Shown here: positions 1 through 13,150 of the stretch, piece by piece | How positions within the stretch are numbered: the first letter of the stretch is position 1 | Layout: every line of letters starts with the position of its first letter | NCBI GenBank assembly: GCA_951406725.2 | Contig: OX597822.1 | Span: 43,482,001-43,544,000, forward strand | Length of the DNA: 62,000 nucleotides | From: Octopus vulgaris | Taxonomy: Eukaryota | Direction: 5' to 3' | Notes under the pieces: model-generated | Databases searched by the model: none | What the model saw: the letters and a program-made list of their open reading frames with translations, nothing else | Told to the model about the DNA's origin: nothing | Translations under genes and position numbers: made by a program

Positions 1-53
1 AATCACCCTGTATATTAGAACACACTCGTCTATATCATTATCTTTATGATCAA

Positions 54-266
54 GGCGGCGAGGTGGCAGAATAGTTAAAACGCTGGACGAAATATAAGCG
101 GTATTCGCCCTTCGCTACGTTCTGTGTTTAAATTCCGCCGAGGTCGACTTTACCTTTCATCCTTTCGGGGTCGATAAATTAAGTACTAGCAAAATAGTGG
201 GGTCAAAAAAATCGACTTATTCCCTGCCTCAAAAATAGCTGCCCTTGTGGAAAAATTTGAAACCAT
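54..266 (+). mobile_element. tRNA-derived SINE, family B (Meta-domain-like core)
   Basis: tRNA-like head (ggcggcgaggtggcagaatagtt...tttaaattccgcc) then gtcgactttacctttcatcctttcggggtcgataaattaagtac; related copies at ~16480-16630 (-), ~21420-21545 (-), ~40960-41110 (+). The Meta-domain resemblance is from memory. Confidence 0.75.
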
Positions 267-810
267 TTTTATCTTTATAATATATATACGGGTATGTTGA
301 ATGCATCAGCATAACATTATTATGAAATACTGTGAAAGAAAAACAGATGCATCTAGATGTGAAAATATGATGCCTCCCCCCATCGAATCTGATTTCATTG
401 TTATGAACGATCCATCAGTCGGGAAGCCAGAAGTCAAAATAATCAGAGCAATATCTAGTCACCATTGTGAAGCTTAGAAGACAGTTCGGTGATGAATTTT
501 GATTGAGATTATAATATAATCGAAAGTTTATGAAATGGATGTAAGACTGGGCTGCTGTATGAAAGGTAACTACCCTGTCCTTTTATGCTTGCAATTCGAA
601 GTATGACACAGAATCTAGTTGTGTAAAAATTCACATAAGTGTTAAATATCAATATTGCATAAAACTGATGTTACTGTCCATGCGTTAGATATTGCAGAAA
701 CCAATGCATTTATATAATGAACACACGCACATATGTCTGTATCCATATATATGTGCATGTATGTATTTATCCAAATATGTATCTATATACGTATATATAT
801 ATATACACAC

Positions 811-851
<41 letters not shown>

Positions 852-981
852 TATAAAATGCATACATAAACATACATACATACACATACATAAATATATA
901 TATGAATATATATGTATATCCATGTTTGTATATATGTGTATATATACATATATGAATGTACACACATACACACATATATAT

Positions 982-1030
<49 letters not shown>

Positions 1031-1032
<2 letters not shown>

Positions 1033-1758
1033 ACAACGTAAGCTGGGCCACTCATATAAACACCAAAGTTGACATGGCCCGCAGAATGTGTTCCTGGATT
1101 CTCAGAACTTTCCAGTCGAGAGATATCCACACCATTATCCTTCTCTTCTCCACTTTTGCCCGACCCCACCTTGAATACTGTTGTCCACTGTGGTCTCCCC
1201 ACACAATACAAGGTATCAAAAAGTCGAAGCACCTCAAAGGGCAATCACAAAAAAGATAGATGGCATGACAGGCCTCGACTATTGGGGTCGACTAGAAAAG
1301 CTAAAACTCTATTCTCTCCAACGTCGTCGTGAGCGCTACATCATCTGCATGATGTGGAAAATATTCCATCAGCATTGCCCAAATGATGTTGGCATCACCT
1401 TTAAGGTACATCCAAGGCTTGGGCCCCGTGCCATCCGCCCAAAACAAAAATCGCACTCTCATCTCATAACAACAATACGGCACAATTATTTCACCTCAAT
1501 TGGCCCCGCTCTCTTTAACATTACACCAAAACACATTAAAACAGAAACTGACCCTATAGGGTTCAAGAAGTCTTTGGACAGATTCCTTCAAGAAATCCCG
1601 GATAAACCCCCTACACCCGGATATGTCTCTGTAAACAATAACTCTCTACTTGAGTGGGCCATAGTGCCCAAATTCTGATGAAAGACTTCACCAGGTGGTG
1701 CTATAAGTTAGACATGGCCTGGGCCAATAATGGCCGAAATATCAAAGTATCAAAGTAA
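1031..1758 (+). mobile_element. 5'-truncated CR1-clade LINE (RT C-terminus, 3'UTR, tail), frameshifted
   Basis: ORFs 912..1259 and 1181..1678 join across a frameshift: RPHLEYCCPLWSPH...EAPQRAITKKIDGMTGLDYWGRLEKLKLYSLQRRRERY; tail atcaaagtatcaaagt; (TA)n on both sides; homologous copy at 57471-58116. Confidence 0.85.
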
Positions 1759-1882
<124 letters not shown>

Positions 1883-2572
1883 CACACACACATATGTTCT
1901 TACGTTCATAAGTAGATATATACATTTATCTATGTATGTATGAAGGTATCTATCTATCCATTTATCGACCTATTTGTATACGTATATATATATATATATA
2001 TATGCATACACGCACAAACATATTCCTTCTCATATTATTGTCATCGTAGACGTTTGAAATCATAATTTAGAAACTTATATATATATATATATATTCTAAC
2101 AATGTATCAATCTGAAAAACAACGGGTAATTTAGTGTTAACATACTTTAATATTTTAATATTTTAATGCACGGACTATTACACATCTAAGCAGGAATTAA
2201 AATCTGTGGCGAGAAAATTGAAAATAGCAAAAAAATAAATAAAAATGCAACGAATTTGATCTAATACTAATATACTATATTTTCATTTCATTTCCGGTGA
2301 GTGAATATTTATGTTATCATTGAAAAGAGGAATTTTATGAAATTGAACAAATAAACATAAATATAGAACAATTCAAATGCTATTTATCGTTTGTGTTTTT
2401 CTTTTATTTTTTTTTCTTGTTTCTGTTAGTTTTTTGTTTTTCTTTAATTTATTTTTGTAATCAAAAGTTTGATCTAGTTGTTTGCACAATTTATTCTGCA
2501 GATAGATTATATATAGATTTCTGTTTAATTATTTATGCATTTCAGTATATTTTTATGTGTTAATTATAAATA

Positions 2573-2734
2573 GGCGCAGGCATGGCCGTGTGGTAAGTAT
2601 GTTGTTTCGTGACCACATCGTTCCGGGTTTACTCCCACTACGTGACACCTTGGGTAAACGTCTTCTAATATAGCCTCGGGCCGACAAAAGCCTTGTGAGT
2701 GAATTTGGTAGACGTAAACTGAAAAAAACCCGTC

Positions 2735-2780
<46 letters not shown>

Positions 2781-2955
2781 CATTTTCATATATCCATGTG
2801 TGTATGAGTCTGTGTTTGTTACCCCTCCTTTGCCTGACAACCGATGCTGGTCTGCTTACCTCCCCGTAACTTAGCAGTTCAGCAAAAGTGACCGAATGAG
2901 AACTAGGCTTACAAAGAATACGTCCTGGGGTAGATTTCTTCGATTAAAAACCCGA
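2573..2955 (+). mobile_element. tRNA-derived SINE, family A (internal microsatellite; OR1/OR2-like)
   Basis: Head ggcgcaggcatggccgtgtggtaag...ccgggtttactccc, core caccttgggtaaacgtcttctaatatagcctcgggccgac, internal (TA)n, 3' half gacaaccgatgctgg...cttacaaagaata; about ten copies or fragments in the window. Confidence 0.85.
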
Positions 2956-3270
2956 AACAAGTAAAAGAATATAAGAATATAGGTAAACATGTACACATAC
3001 GCCCAGAAGCTTTTTCCATTTGACAGTCGTATCGTTAATCAAATATATTCAATGAGAATACAATATACTGAATTTCTGATAAGTGTACTTGGTAGGGAAA
3101 TGTCTGAGACATTTAAGCTATGCATCCATTTAATAAGACCGATTATATATTATATTATAAAATAAGAGTAGGAAAATTACATCCATATACGTCCAAAATA
3201 TTATTGTATGACTAGATATATACAGGATAATTAAATCTGAGAATGAGATTGAAACAGTAATCGCCCGATA

Positions 3271-3675
3271 ATGTAAAGTATAGAAGCCATCTTATCATGG
3301 CTAACCACATTGGGGAGGGGGTGTTACTGTAGCTTTATAGCCCCAAGAGATCTTCGTCTCTAGCTGGCTCTAGACACAATATCTGTGTCCTTGGAGTATT
3401 TGCAAAGGGAGGCCATCCCTTCCTCGCAAGCCTGAGTGATACGCTCGAACTAGTTTCGGGACTTTTGTTGACGAGGGACAAAAATCCCGAAACTAGTTCG
3501 AGCGTATCACTCAGGCTTGCGAGGAAGGGATGACCTCCCTTTGCAAATACTCCAAGGACACAGATATTGTGTCTAGAGCCAGCTAGAGACGAAGATCTCT
3601 TGGGGCTATAAAGCTACAGTAACACCCCCTCCCCAATGTGGTTAGCCATGATAAGATGGCTTCTACACTTTACAT
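3271..3675. repeat. Long near-perfect foldback (~198-bp arms, 9-nt loop)
   Basis: 3271-3468 is the reverse complement of 3478-3675 with only a few mismatches; loop tgacgaggg. Confidence 0.95.
3468..3504 (+). ncRNA. 5'-truncated hammerhead-like core at the foldback centre
   Basis: uUGACGA - GGGA/caaaaa/UCCC - GAAA - palindromic ACUAGU stem III - GUU; C3 is replaced by U and the 5' strand of stem I is missing. Confidence 0.55.
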
Positions 3676-3817
3676 AGATATATACAGTTCTATATTTAAG
3701 AGATGAGGAATTATGTACGTTATTCATATTATTTACATTTTGACGGATTTTGTCCTCATCTTGTTTGTTGTTAGCAAAAAGATTCGGCTGATATACCCTC
3801 CAGCCTTCACCAGGTGT
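3676..3817 (-). mobile_element. PLE terminal (pLTR-like) fragment with degenerate HHR
   Basis: Minus strand reads acac-CUGGUGA-a-ggcug/gagggUauau/cagcc-GAAU, an HHR architecture with core substitutions. Confidence 0.5.
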
Positions 3818-3819
3818 AT

Positions 3820-4150
3820 ATAGGGGATTTGGTGAAGCTTCGTTTTTGATGGGTTTTCAAATGAGATTTGAGCCCAGCAAAAGAATGGCGTGATCTGTCA
3901 CAGACTGTGCACACAAAATGTTCACTGAGATTCACCTTCTCGATCGCAACATTCTTCTTTAAATCTTCTTTGTGTCTTGCTTGTATCATCCTGGCCTCCT
4001 CAAATACTTTCTCTCCACTTCACATTTTTCTTCGCCATCCAACTCGACCCAAAGCAAGGGTTTCTATGGCATTTGAATCAATTCCAAGTGACTTCATAGT
4101 AGTCCTTTTGCCATCCTTAAATATCTTTTTAGGTTTGCACCGATTGCGTT
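3820..4150 (-). mobile_element. RTE-clade LINE 3' fragment
   Basis: Minus frames KPKKIFKDGKRTTMKSLGIDSNAIETLALGRVGWRRKM and FVCTVCDRSRHSFAGLKSHLKTH match the C-terminal zinc-finger-like end of RTE ORFs. Confidence 0.75.
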
Positions 4151-4964
4151 TATACATACATAATACATACATACATACATATATACATACATACATACAG
4201 CCATCACTGGAACTGTAAAAATCGGTAAGACCTTCCAGAAGTTTATCATTTATGTATATATGGACATGTTTAGAATGAAGTATACGCATGAGAATACATA
4301 CATAAAACAAAACATGAAAATTTACACATACATATACATACATACATACATGCATGCATACATACATACATACATACATACAAATATACCCTGTTGAAAT
4401 TGAAATTCCAACGAAAGAGTTTTGGATCTAGGTTATCATTCTCTACTGTCAAGAAATCTTGAAATAAAACTAAATAATGTCATATATACTTATAAGTATA
4501 TAAAATTGTGAACCAGGGAAATGAGGGCAGGAAATGAGTGACAGGTATAATAAAATGCGAACAGTGTACTATAAGAAAGAATAACAGTTTATTGTAATCG
4601 ATAGTTATACACTTTTCCTCATCGAAGTTGCGAGGAAATTCGATAAGCTCATAGTTTATATATAGGTGACATCTGGCTACTGGAGCCACTATACATGATA
4701 ATAAAAATCCAAGTTTAGAGCGTGGAACAGGTAACATGCAAGCTAGCTCAACACTTTACGTATTAATTATGCAATAAGCAATGTTTAAATTAGCTAATCA
4801 TCAGGCTGATTTACCTCAATGAAATGAAGTTTACATTGTCGCTCGGAATTTCTAAGTCAACTCCACCGCTGTGGTGCGTTGAGTGATTAGACTTCGGCTA
4901 TGCTGGGACACTGTTCTGAAGAGTTTAGCCTAAAAAAATCGACTATTTATATTTTGTTTCAAAC

Positions 4965-4992
4965 CTAGCACTTGTAAAGCAGTGGTGGATAA

Positions 4993-5082
<90 letters not shown>

Positions 5083-5093
5083 ACACCCACACA

Positions 5094-5129
<36 letters not shown>

Positions 5130-5280
5130 CGCTTCTTTCAGTTTCTGGCCACCAAAATCATTCAAAAGGCATTCAATCTGTCCAGGGTTATAGTAGAAGA
5201 CACATGCCCAAATTGTCGCACAGTGGAATTGAACTCAAAGCAAATATGGTTGGAAAGCAGTAAAGCATGGTTGCACCTAT
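4965..5280 (-). mobile_element. SINE family A, degenerate copy
   Basis: Reverse complement of the family-A head and core (cttctttcagtttc...tatagtagaagacacatgcccaa) with an internal (CA)n. Confidence 0.7.
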
Positions 5281-5333
5281 ACAGCCCCATCTACATTACA
5301 TATTCCCCTATATTTATTTGCATATATAATAAT

Positions 5334-5404
<71 letters not shown>

Positions 5405-5415
5405 TAGTAATAATG

Positions 5416-5448
<33 letters not shown>

Positions 5449-5923
5449 GTCTTGGTATAAAAGATGGGCTACAGCAAATATTCTGCTCAATACCACAGAT
5501 TTGCTTGTCAGTTGTTTGACCTTAACCAGTTTAGCATGGCCCTCAGTGGCTGACGATATGTGCATCTCTGATCACGAACAGAAGTAGTGGGGGAGCATCA
5601 TAGCCATGTGTTGAGAGGGATTCTTTGGGGTTTGAATAATTCACCTCTGGAAACATGGGTGATTCTTTCAACATCCTTAAACAACCCTTATTCAGGGACC
5701 GTTTGAGCGGGATGGGCTACTCAACCTGAAGAAAATTCTAACTGGGCCCCACCTGCAAGGTCATGTGTTGTTTATCTTGATATGAGATCACCATGTCACG
5801 CACATATGGTTGTGATTCATGTGCCTGGTGTACCTTCATCAGACGGGTAGTCATGATGGGTATATTGGGCTTCGTATATTTTACCCCAGTGTCACTTTGA
5901 TGGCATGAACTGCTCTCTCACTC

Positions 5924-5926
<3 letters not shown>
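5449..5926 (-). mobile_element. Non-coding interspersed repeat, family D, embedded in (AAT)n; possibly the 3'UTR of a Dong/R4-like LINE
   Basis: Homologous to 40325-40740 in opposite orientation; (AAT)n on both sides. The LINE origin is inference. Confidence 0.65.
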
Positions 5927-5959
<33 letters not shown>

Positions 5960-5966
5960 TATAATT

Positions 5967-5997
<31 letters not shown>

Positions 5998-6267
5998 TAA
6001 TAATAACAATAACAATAATAATAATGATAATAATAATAACAATAATAATAACTATAATAATAATAATAACAACAACAACAACAACAACAACAATAATAAT
6101 AATAATAACAATAATAATAATAATAATGATAATAATAATAATAATAATAATAGGGAGTATAACTCCAAACTTACAAATTAATATATGATTTTAATCGTTT
6201 GAATTACATAATAGTGGTTTTTCTCTAATTTTTATATATTATATATACATATATATATGTATGAATG

Positions 6268-6320
<53 letters not shown>

Positions 6321-6321
6321 A

Positions 6322-6369
<48 letters not shown>

Positions 6370-6731
6370 CGGAGCAATGAGTGACTGATGACGATTAATC
6401 AAATCTGAAATCATCGATAATATGACTCTATCTCTTCTCTTCCTTGTCAGTCGTTAGAAAAGCGCTCTCATGCGGCTAAGAGTTGTTTTGACTCTGATTT
6501 CTAGCAATACTGGTGCTGCTTAGCACTCTTGATCGCTTTAGTGACGACTGTTATTTTGCTTTTCAGTTATATACATGCATATATATATATATATATATAT
6601 ATGTATACACACATACATACTGTTGTAGGTATAACATATTCTTTGTCTATCTCCTTAACTTCTTGGAGATTTTAGGTATAATTATACTAATGTGTCCATC
6701 TGTTCTAATTTAATTAAATTCTATGTCTATG

Positions 6732-6818
6732 TGCAGCTGAAGATTGCTCTACATTTTAAATTGGTGCAATGATTTCATTGTTCAATTAAATGGAGTTGCA
6801 TGAAACGATCTTACTGCA
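6732..6818 (+). ncRNA. Degenerate minimal type I hammerhead
   Basis: Stem I ugcag/cugca, core CUGAAGA, stem II base ugc/gca, GAAAC-gauc-UUA (G16.2 mutated to U). Confidence 0.6.
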
Positions 6819-7011
6819 ATAACTCTCGATATCCTTGTTGCTTATTTTGATTTTAATCACCTTATTTTGAATTTGTATGGATAATACTGTACTAAATTCT
6901 GGAGCTTCAACTTAAGTACCATATTCATATGAATCTAAATTTTTGCTGAACTAATCTCCATAGATAGATAGATAGATAGATTGATATATTCATATATATA
7001 TGCATACATAC

Positions 7012-7061
<50 letters not shown>

Positions 7062-7739
7062 GGGTACTTATATAGATGTATGTATATATGTAAATAACGT
7101 TTTACGTAATAATTCCCAGTTGAGAGATCACAACTGTTGACAAAACTTATTATGCACAGATACTGACTTACACATACTCATACACATACATACATACACA
7201 CACACGAACACACACTTGCATAAATGCATAATAACACACACTGTCATACACAATTACACAGGCACACAGAGACATAAACACACGTAAGAGGATAAGTGTG
7301 AGCTTCATTTAATTACTTAAATTAAACGCATTAATGAAGCACGGAAGCCATCGCAGATTTAAAAGAAAAATATCTCAATACTCCATTCACAAAGTGTAAT
7401 AAAATTGATAAACTAAATAAATCAACTTCTCTTTTAAATGTCTTTTTGCTACTAAATCTTTCGGTTGCCTTTCTGGATTGAAAGATATTATTAATGGCTG
7501 GTACATCCGTGAAAATGTTTTGTATCGTTAACTTTGGTAATGTTTTAAAAAGCTGACTTTAATGTTTAACCTCCTCCATAATTCTCTCTCATAATTTGTT
7601 ACGTTGAAATATATATTATCCTATAAATTTTGTCAATGGTCTTAAACATGAAATTAGCAGATTCCATACGACACATTTGGTGATAATATTTTATCCTGCA
7701 CCCCAGTAGCGCTAAAACAATTTCATTGTTGTTGAAATT

Positions 7740-8300
7740 AGAGTGATCTGGGAAAGACTCAGTATTTGTCACTAGCAAAAGCATACCATGTATAAGGACT
7801 TGCCTGATGAAGCAAGCGACCCCGTTCTCTATGGAAGGGGAGTGCTGCGGCTTTCCAGCTAGACTGGTGCGCAGTCTGTTGCAGAATTTTGACCTGGTGC
7901 CTTGAAAACTCGAAGAAAGCCACTAAAGAGGTAAGCATGGCAGTTGAAACCAGCTGAAGGTGACTATGGTTGACAAAAAAACTGCAGTTCAAACCCTTCC
8001 ACTGGCGAAGACTAATTCAGTTTGCTCTGCCCCACTCAGACGAAATATACAGGTTAAGGGGCGAAATGTTTGTGAAACCTGAGAAACCTACTGATGACAG
8101 GGAAGAAGTTCAAACGTTACGATGGATTCAGAAGAAGAGCTTGCAATACTTTCCAACAGCTCAGGCAGTTGAGAAGTATCATGCATGGGGTAAAGTAATG
8201 CATAACCGATTTCTCGTTCACCTTTCATGAATTCTCTTAATACAATCTCACAGAAACCTAGAATCGATTCCATACGCCCCATATCGTGTTCATACGTAAT
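7740..8300 (+). pseudogene. Highly decayed Tc1/mariner-superfamily transposase remnant
   Basis: ENSKKATKEVS..*LWLTKKLQFKPFHWRRLIQ...YHAWGKVMHN resembles, by eye, the RSPRKSTRRAS..VWRILxKxLxFKPY and FHLSGKVNRHN motifs; many stops. Confidence 0.4.
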
Positions 8301-8852
8301 TTTGTGCAAAATTAAATCATACCTTGCAGCAGAATCATTGCATATTTGCATTATCCAGTAGCTGATAAAATATATGAGAATGAGTTTGGTCGAGATAAGT
8401 AAAGATTAAAGTGTGGTGGTTTATCTTTTGATTCTCTCCATTATATTTTCCGCCATACACGATTTCACATGATTTTGTATATTCATATATACACCCATAT
8501 AATTATTAACCATTGTCAGGATGTTTCATATATACGCAATGTCTAGGGGAACATATATGCTATCTATGTGGCAATAATATTTCATTAGACTTGTACGAAA
8601 CAGTGGCTGAAATTAGAAAACTTCACATGCTTTTACATTTACTAAATGATTTTATTTCATGCATGTATATAGAATTCATTATTTTGTTTTCCCTGTTCTA
8701 CTCATCGAGCTGGATCTTTATTCACCATAATATCCGCATGACCAGTTCTACAAATTATTGCTCTTCGTTTATTATTTTCAAATACTTATTAATCTGTTTT
8801 ACAGTAACACGTATTTGTTTTTTTAACATAGTTAGTAATTTTTACTGTGTAA

Positions 8853-9249
8853 TCTTTATATATAAAAGTGAAGTTGTGTGTCTGTCTCCTACGATTTGGA
8901 TTCCTAACTACTCCCACATTTTGCGGTGCAGTTTAACCAAAACCGGGTATCTCATAGTCGTGATTCATATCGGGCCCTTCTGGGTATTAGCGCGCGTCTA
9001 CAATGAGTCTACGATTAAAAAAAAATTACCATCATTTTTTTTCCATTTTAATGCATTTTTTCGCTATTATATAAGGGAGGTAACTCTCTAAAAATGTCTA
9101 CGATGAGTCAACGATTAAAAGAAAAATTACCATAATTTTTCTTCCCATTTTTAATGCATTTGTTTGCTATTTTTTGGCTATAACTCTCTAAAAATGCTTA
9201 TATAGTTATTTCCCTTACAAACCCGAGCAACGCCGGGCGATACTGCTAG
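8853..9249 (+). mobile_element. Non-autonomous Helitron
   Basis: 5' a|TCtttatatataaaag; 3' hairpin cccgagcaacgccggg followed by CTAG; same family as 51995-53042. Confidence 0.8.
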
Positions 9250-9497
9250 CATATATTACAACAATATACTGAAATATATGTATATACATACCTACGTACA
9301 CACGAGCATGTATTTGTGTCTCGGTCTATGTATGTGTGCGTGTATATGTACCATGGGATATATATATGTGTGTACGGTGTGTGTAAGTATCGTATACACA
9401 TAGAATATATTTAGGGACATGTAAATGTACACACACATAACGTACACACACATATGTATAAATATCCTCGAATCCACCTGGCAAGCATTAAGAAGAT

Positions 9498-9534
<37 letters not shown>

Positions 9535-9599
9535 AAAAAGAAGTTTGAAAACACGACTATATAAGATAAATTTTAATTTTCTTAGAAATTTTACATGTT

Positions 9600-9885
9600 G
9601 CCGACTTTCTTAGAAATGGCAGTCTTTCTTCGTTATAATCTATCTTGAATTGAATATTTTCATTAATTCCATTTAGTAGTATTTTAAATTCCTCAGGTTT
9701 TTCTATACTTTCATCCCAGAGGATGAAGCAGTCGTCGAGATATATTTTCCAGTTGTTCTGGATATAGGCGGAGAAATTGTTTTCATATTTTCGAGTGTTT
9801 TCTGTTAGAGTATTATTTCGAGGTATCCAATTACTAGGTTGGCAAAAGAAGGCACAGTACGCGTACCCATCGCTGTTCCCGATCT
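9600..9885 (-). pseudogene. Penelope-like RT fragment
   Basis: Minus frames give GTAMGTRTVPSFANLVIGYLEIIL and NWKIYLDDCFILWD...INENIQFKIDYNEERLPFL (frameshifted); not shown in the ORF track. Confidence 0.85.
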
Positions 9886-10639
9886 TTATCTATAATAATC
9901 ATTATTAAAAATAAAGTAATTGTTGTCTAAAATAGAACTTAGTCCTTCTATTATGAGTTCTTTATTTATGCGAGTTGGATACACACACACACACATACAT
10001 ATATATATAGATAGATATAGATATAGATATGGATATATATATAATACAGACAGATAGATAGATAGATAGATAGTTAGATAACAGGCAGGAAGATAGACGA
10101 TTCTATGCATGTTTATAAATATATATCGGTGTTCGGCCAAGCATTAGCTTTCTTTCTTGGTTCGACTGCTGGCCACTAAGCATCTCTTATATTCCTCTCT
10201 CATGACTTTCATCTCTTATGTTCATCTCCTATGTTCCTGTCTAAAGGCTTTCACTCTACCCACGTAAACTCATCTTGATTCGTCTTTATTGGTCGAAAGA
10301 CACCTGATATCATTTTCCTGTTATTTTCGTTTTTTTTTGTTGTTTACATTTGCTGGCTTTCTCCCAAGATATTTAATGTTCTTACCTTAGATTTTTGGGT
10401 CCAGCCAGATTTGTACAATCTGATGTGTAACCAGCCAAATCTGTGAGCATGATCTGGATACTTAACTGAGGAGGAACGGCTGCGACTGAACGTCTTTGTT
10501 TTATTTCTGTCCGTCTTTTAAATCCATTTTCTGGATTTATACATATGTGTGTGCGTGTGTGTGAGTGTGCATGTGTGTATGTGTGTATGTGTGCATGTAC
10601 ATGTGTGTGTGCCTCTGTGTGTTTGTGGTGTGTGTGCGC

Positions 10640-10684
<45 letters not shown>

Positions 10685-10818
10685 TGTGTCTGTGTATGTA
10701 CATCGTACTTTTTCATTTTTCGTTTTGTTTTTGAACCTCCCAGCTTCTCCAAATGCTCCATTCTCAACTTTTCACTTTTCTTCTCTCATTCAATTTTTAG
10801 TTCGTTATATGTGGTTTT

Positions 10819-10873
10819 TTGCCTGATGAATATGTTTGAGGTATTTCTCAACATAGGAAACTGTTAGTAGCGC
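10819..10873 (+). ncRNA. Type I hammerhead, weak stem I
   Basis: CUGAUGA (10823-29), stem II uauguu(u)gag/cucaacaua, GAAA (10857-60), stem III ACU-guu-AGU, triplet GUA; stem I only 2-3 bp. Confidence 0.55.
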
Positions 10874-10967
10874 ATAAATACATGTATTGTAACCATTGAA
10901 TAATATTTATCTCCCACTAATTAGAGTAGTTTTTGGTAATCCTATCATCACGGAACAGCACATTATA

Positions 10968-11003
<36 letters not shown>

Positions 11004-11078
11004 TGTATGTATGTATGTATGTATGTATAGATGCATATGTGTATGTGCATGTATATATGTATATGTATAGACAGCCAC

Positions 11079-11109
<31 letters not shown>

Positions 11110-11295
11110 AATATTAGGGAATAAATCCAAATTTACAGGGAAAAATTAGATTTAGGATTGAATCCAATTTTATAGTAAAATATTATATTATATTAAATTA
11201 GAGACAAAACCACTATTATGCAAATTAAACAAAGAAAGACTTAAAACAATACATAAATTAATTTATATAAATTTAGAAATTTAACAATTATAAAT

Positions 11296-11356
11296 AACCA
11301 CTACGATTGTTTCATGTCTTATTTCAGCACATCTTTGAGACATTCTTCAGGTGGTT
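11296..11356 (-). ncRNA. Minimal type I hammerhead, intact core
   Basis: aaccac-CUGAAGA-augucu/18 nt/agacau-GAAAC-aauc-GUA-gugguu. Confidence 0.8.
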
Positions 11357-11404
11357 TCAAAACCTTCTTGGTTCATAGTTTAAAACTCGCCAAGAAGGTT
11401 TTGA

Positions 11405-11465
11405 AACCACCTGAAGAATGTCTCAAAGATGTGCTGAAATAAGACATGAAACGATCGTAGTGGTT
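11405..11465 (+). ncRNA. Minimal type I hammerhead, intact core, palindromic stem III
   Basis: aaccac-CUGAAGA-augucu/18 nt/agacau-GAAAC-gauc-GUA-gugguu; stem III ACGAUCGU is self-complementary; predicted cleavage after 11459. Confidence 0.85.
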
Positions 11466-11779
11466 ATTTATAATTGTTAATTTTCTAAATTTATATAAAT
11501 TAATTTATGTATTGTTTTAAGTCTTTCTTTGTTTGATTTGCATAATAGTGGTTTTGTCTCTAATTTAATATAATATATATATATATATATAATATCAAAG
11601 GGTATTCTGAAATATTAGAAATTTCCATTACCCGTGGCCTAGCGTGTAAAAATTTAGTCAATAGATTATATATTATTCATATAAATAGAGTTTAAAGTGG
11701 TTTGGAATTTAGCTGTTCTCTCTAGCGTGCAGGTTGTCTTATGGGGGATACTTCTTATGTCTTTAAATGTACACACACG

Positions 11780-12010
11780 CACGCACAGATATGTGTGTGT
11801 GTGTGTGTGTGTGCATATATTTATGTGCGTATGTCTACGTTTGTCCCCCACCGTTGCTTGACAATGGATGTTAGTGTGTTTCCGTCTCCGCAACGTAGCG
11901 GCTCAGCAAAAGACACCGATAGAATTAGTACAAGGCTTACAAAGAACAAGTCCTGGCGTTGATTTCTTCGACTAAAACCGTTTAAGTCGGTGCTGCAGGA
12001 TGGTAACAGA
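11780..12010 (+). mobile_element. SINE family A, 3' half
   Basis: (TG)n then tttgtcccccaccgttgcttgacaatggatg...cttacaaagaacaagtcctgg. Confidence 0.7.
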
Positions 12011-12052
12011 CACATATCTGAATCATGTAAAAGAATATACATGTATATGTGT

Positions 12053-12412
12053 GGAGGTGCAATAGCCATTGGTTAGGGCAGAGGACACGCGGTTTCGATT
12101 CCCAGTCCGGGCGTTGTGGGTGTTTATGAAGCGAAAATACCTGAAACTCCACGAGGCTCCGGCAGGGGGTGGGGTGGCAAACCTTGCTGTACTCTTTCAC
12201 CACAATTTCCTCTCACTCTTTCTTCCTGTTTCTGTTGTACCTGTATTTCAGAGGGCCAGCCTTGTCACACTCTGTGTCACGCTGAATCTCCCCGAGAACT
12301 ACGTTAAGGGTACACGTGTCTGTGGAGTGCTCACCATGTTAATTTCACGAGCAGGCTCTTCCGCTGATTGGATCAACTGGAACCCTCGTCGTCGTAACCG
12401 ACGGAGTGTTAC
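12053..12412 (+). mobile_element. tRNA-derived SINE, family C
   Basis: Head with B-box-like ggtttcgattccc, body cttgtcacactctgtgtcacgctgaa, tail ggaaccctcgtcgtcgtaacc; reverse copy at 26882-27210. Confidence 0.75.
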
Positions 12413-12424
12413 GATCTGATATGT

Positions 12425-12508
<84 letters not shown>

Positions 12509-12593
12509 CATACATACGTATATATATATACATATATATATATACATATATACATATACATATATGTGTATATATATATATATATATATACAT

Positions 12594-12631
<38 letters not shown>

Positions 12632-13107
12632 GCATACATGCTTCCATATTTACGCACACACATGGAAACATGTATCTTCTTTCCTGCCTGCTAGCCATCC
12701 ATCCATCCATCCATCCATTCATCCATCCATCCATCTCTCTCTCTATCTCTATCTTTCTCTCTTTCTCTTTATCTATCTATCTATCTGCATTACACACGGA
12801 TGTATATATGATTGTGTCTACGCACAGGTCGGCAATTGTTGTGAGGTCATCAATAATTCCTAAAACACATATCCAGCTGGCAAGCATTGAAAAAGATAAC
12901 AATACCTAAAGGTGAACAGCTTGCGATGTTTTCCAATATCAACCACAGCTTCGTATGAGACTAATGAAATACTAATGTCGCTCGAACAGAGTGTATTTTG
13001 CAGCGGACATTGTGTATATTACAAAAGCCTGACAATAACAAATAGTTTTATGTTCGTATTTATGAATATACAATGCATGCATATACACACACTTACTGAC
13101 ACACAGG

Positions 13108-13150
<43 letters not shown>

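Larger units (their letters stand above)
11110..11577. mobile_element. PLE terminal (pLTR) foldback: 188-bp inverted arms, 18-nt loop
   Basis: 11184-11371 is the reverse complement of 11390-11577 with ~3 mismatches; each arm contains an HHR; the minus copy appears to extend to ~11110. Confidence 0.85.
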
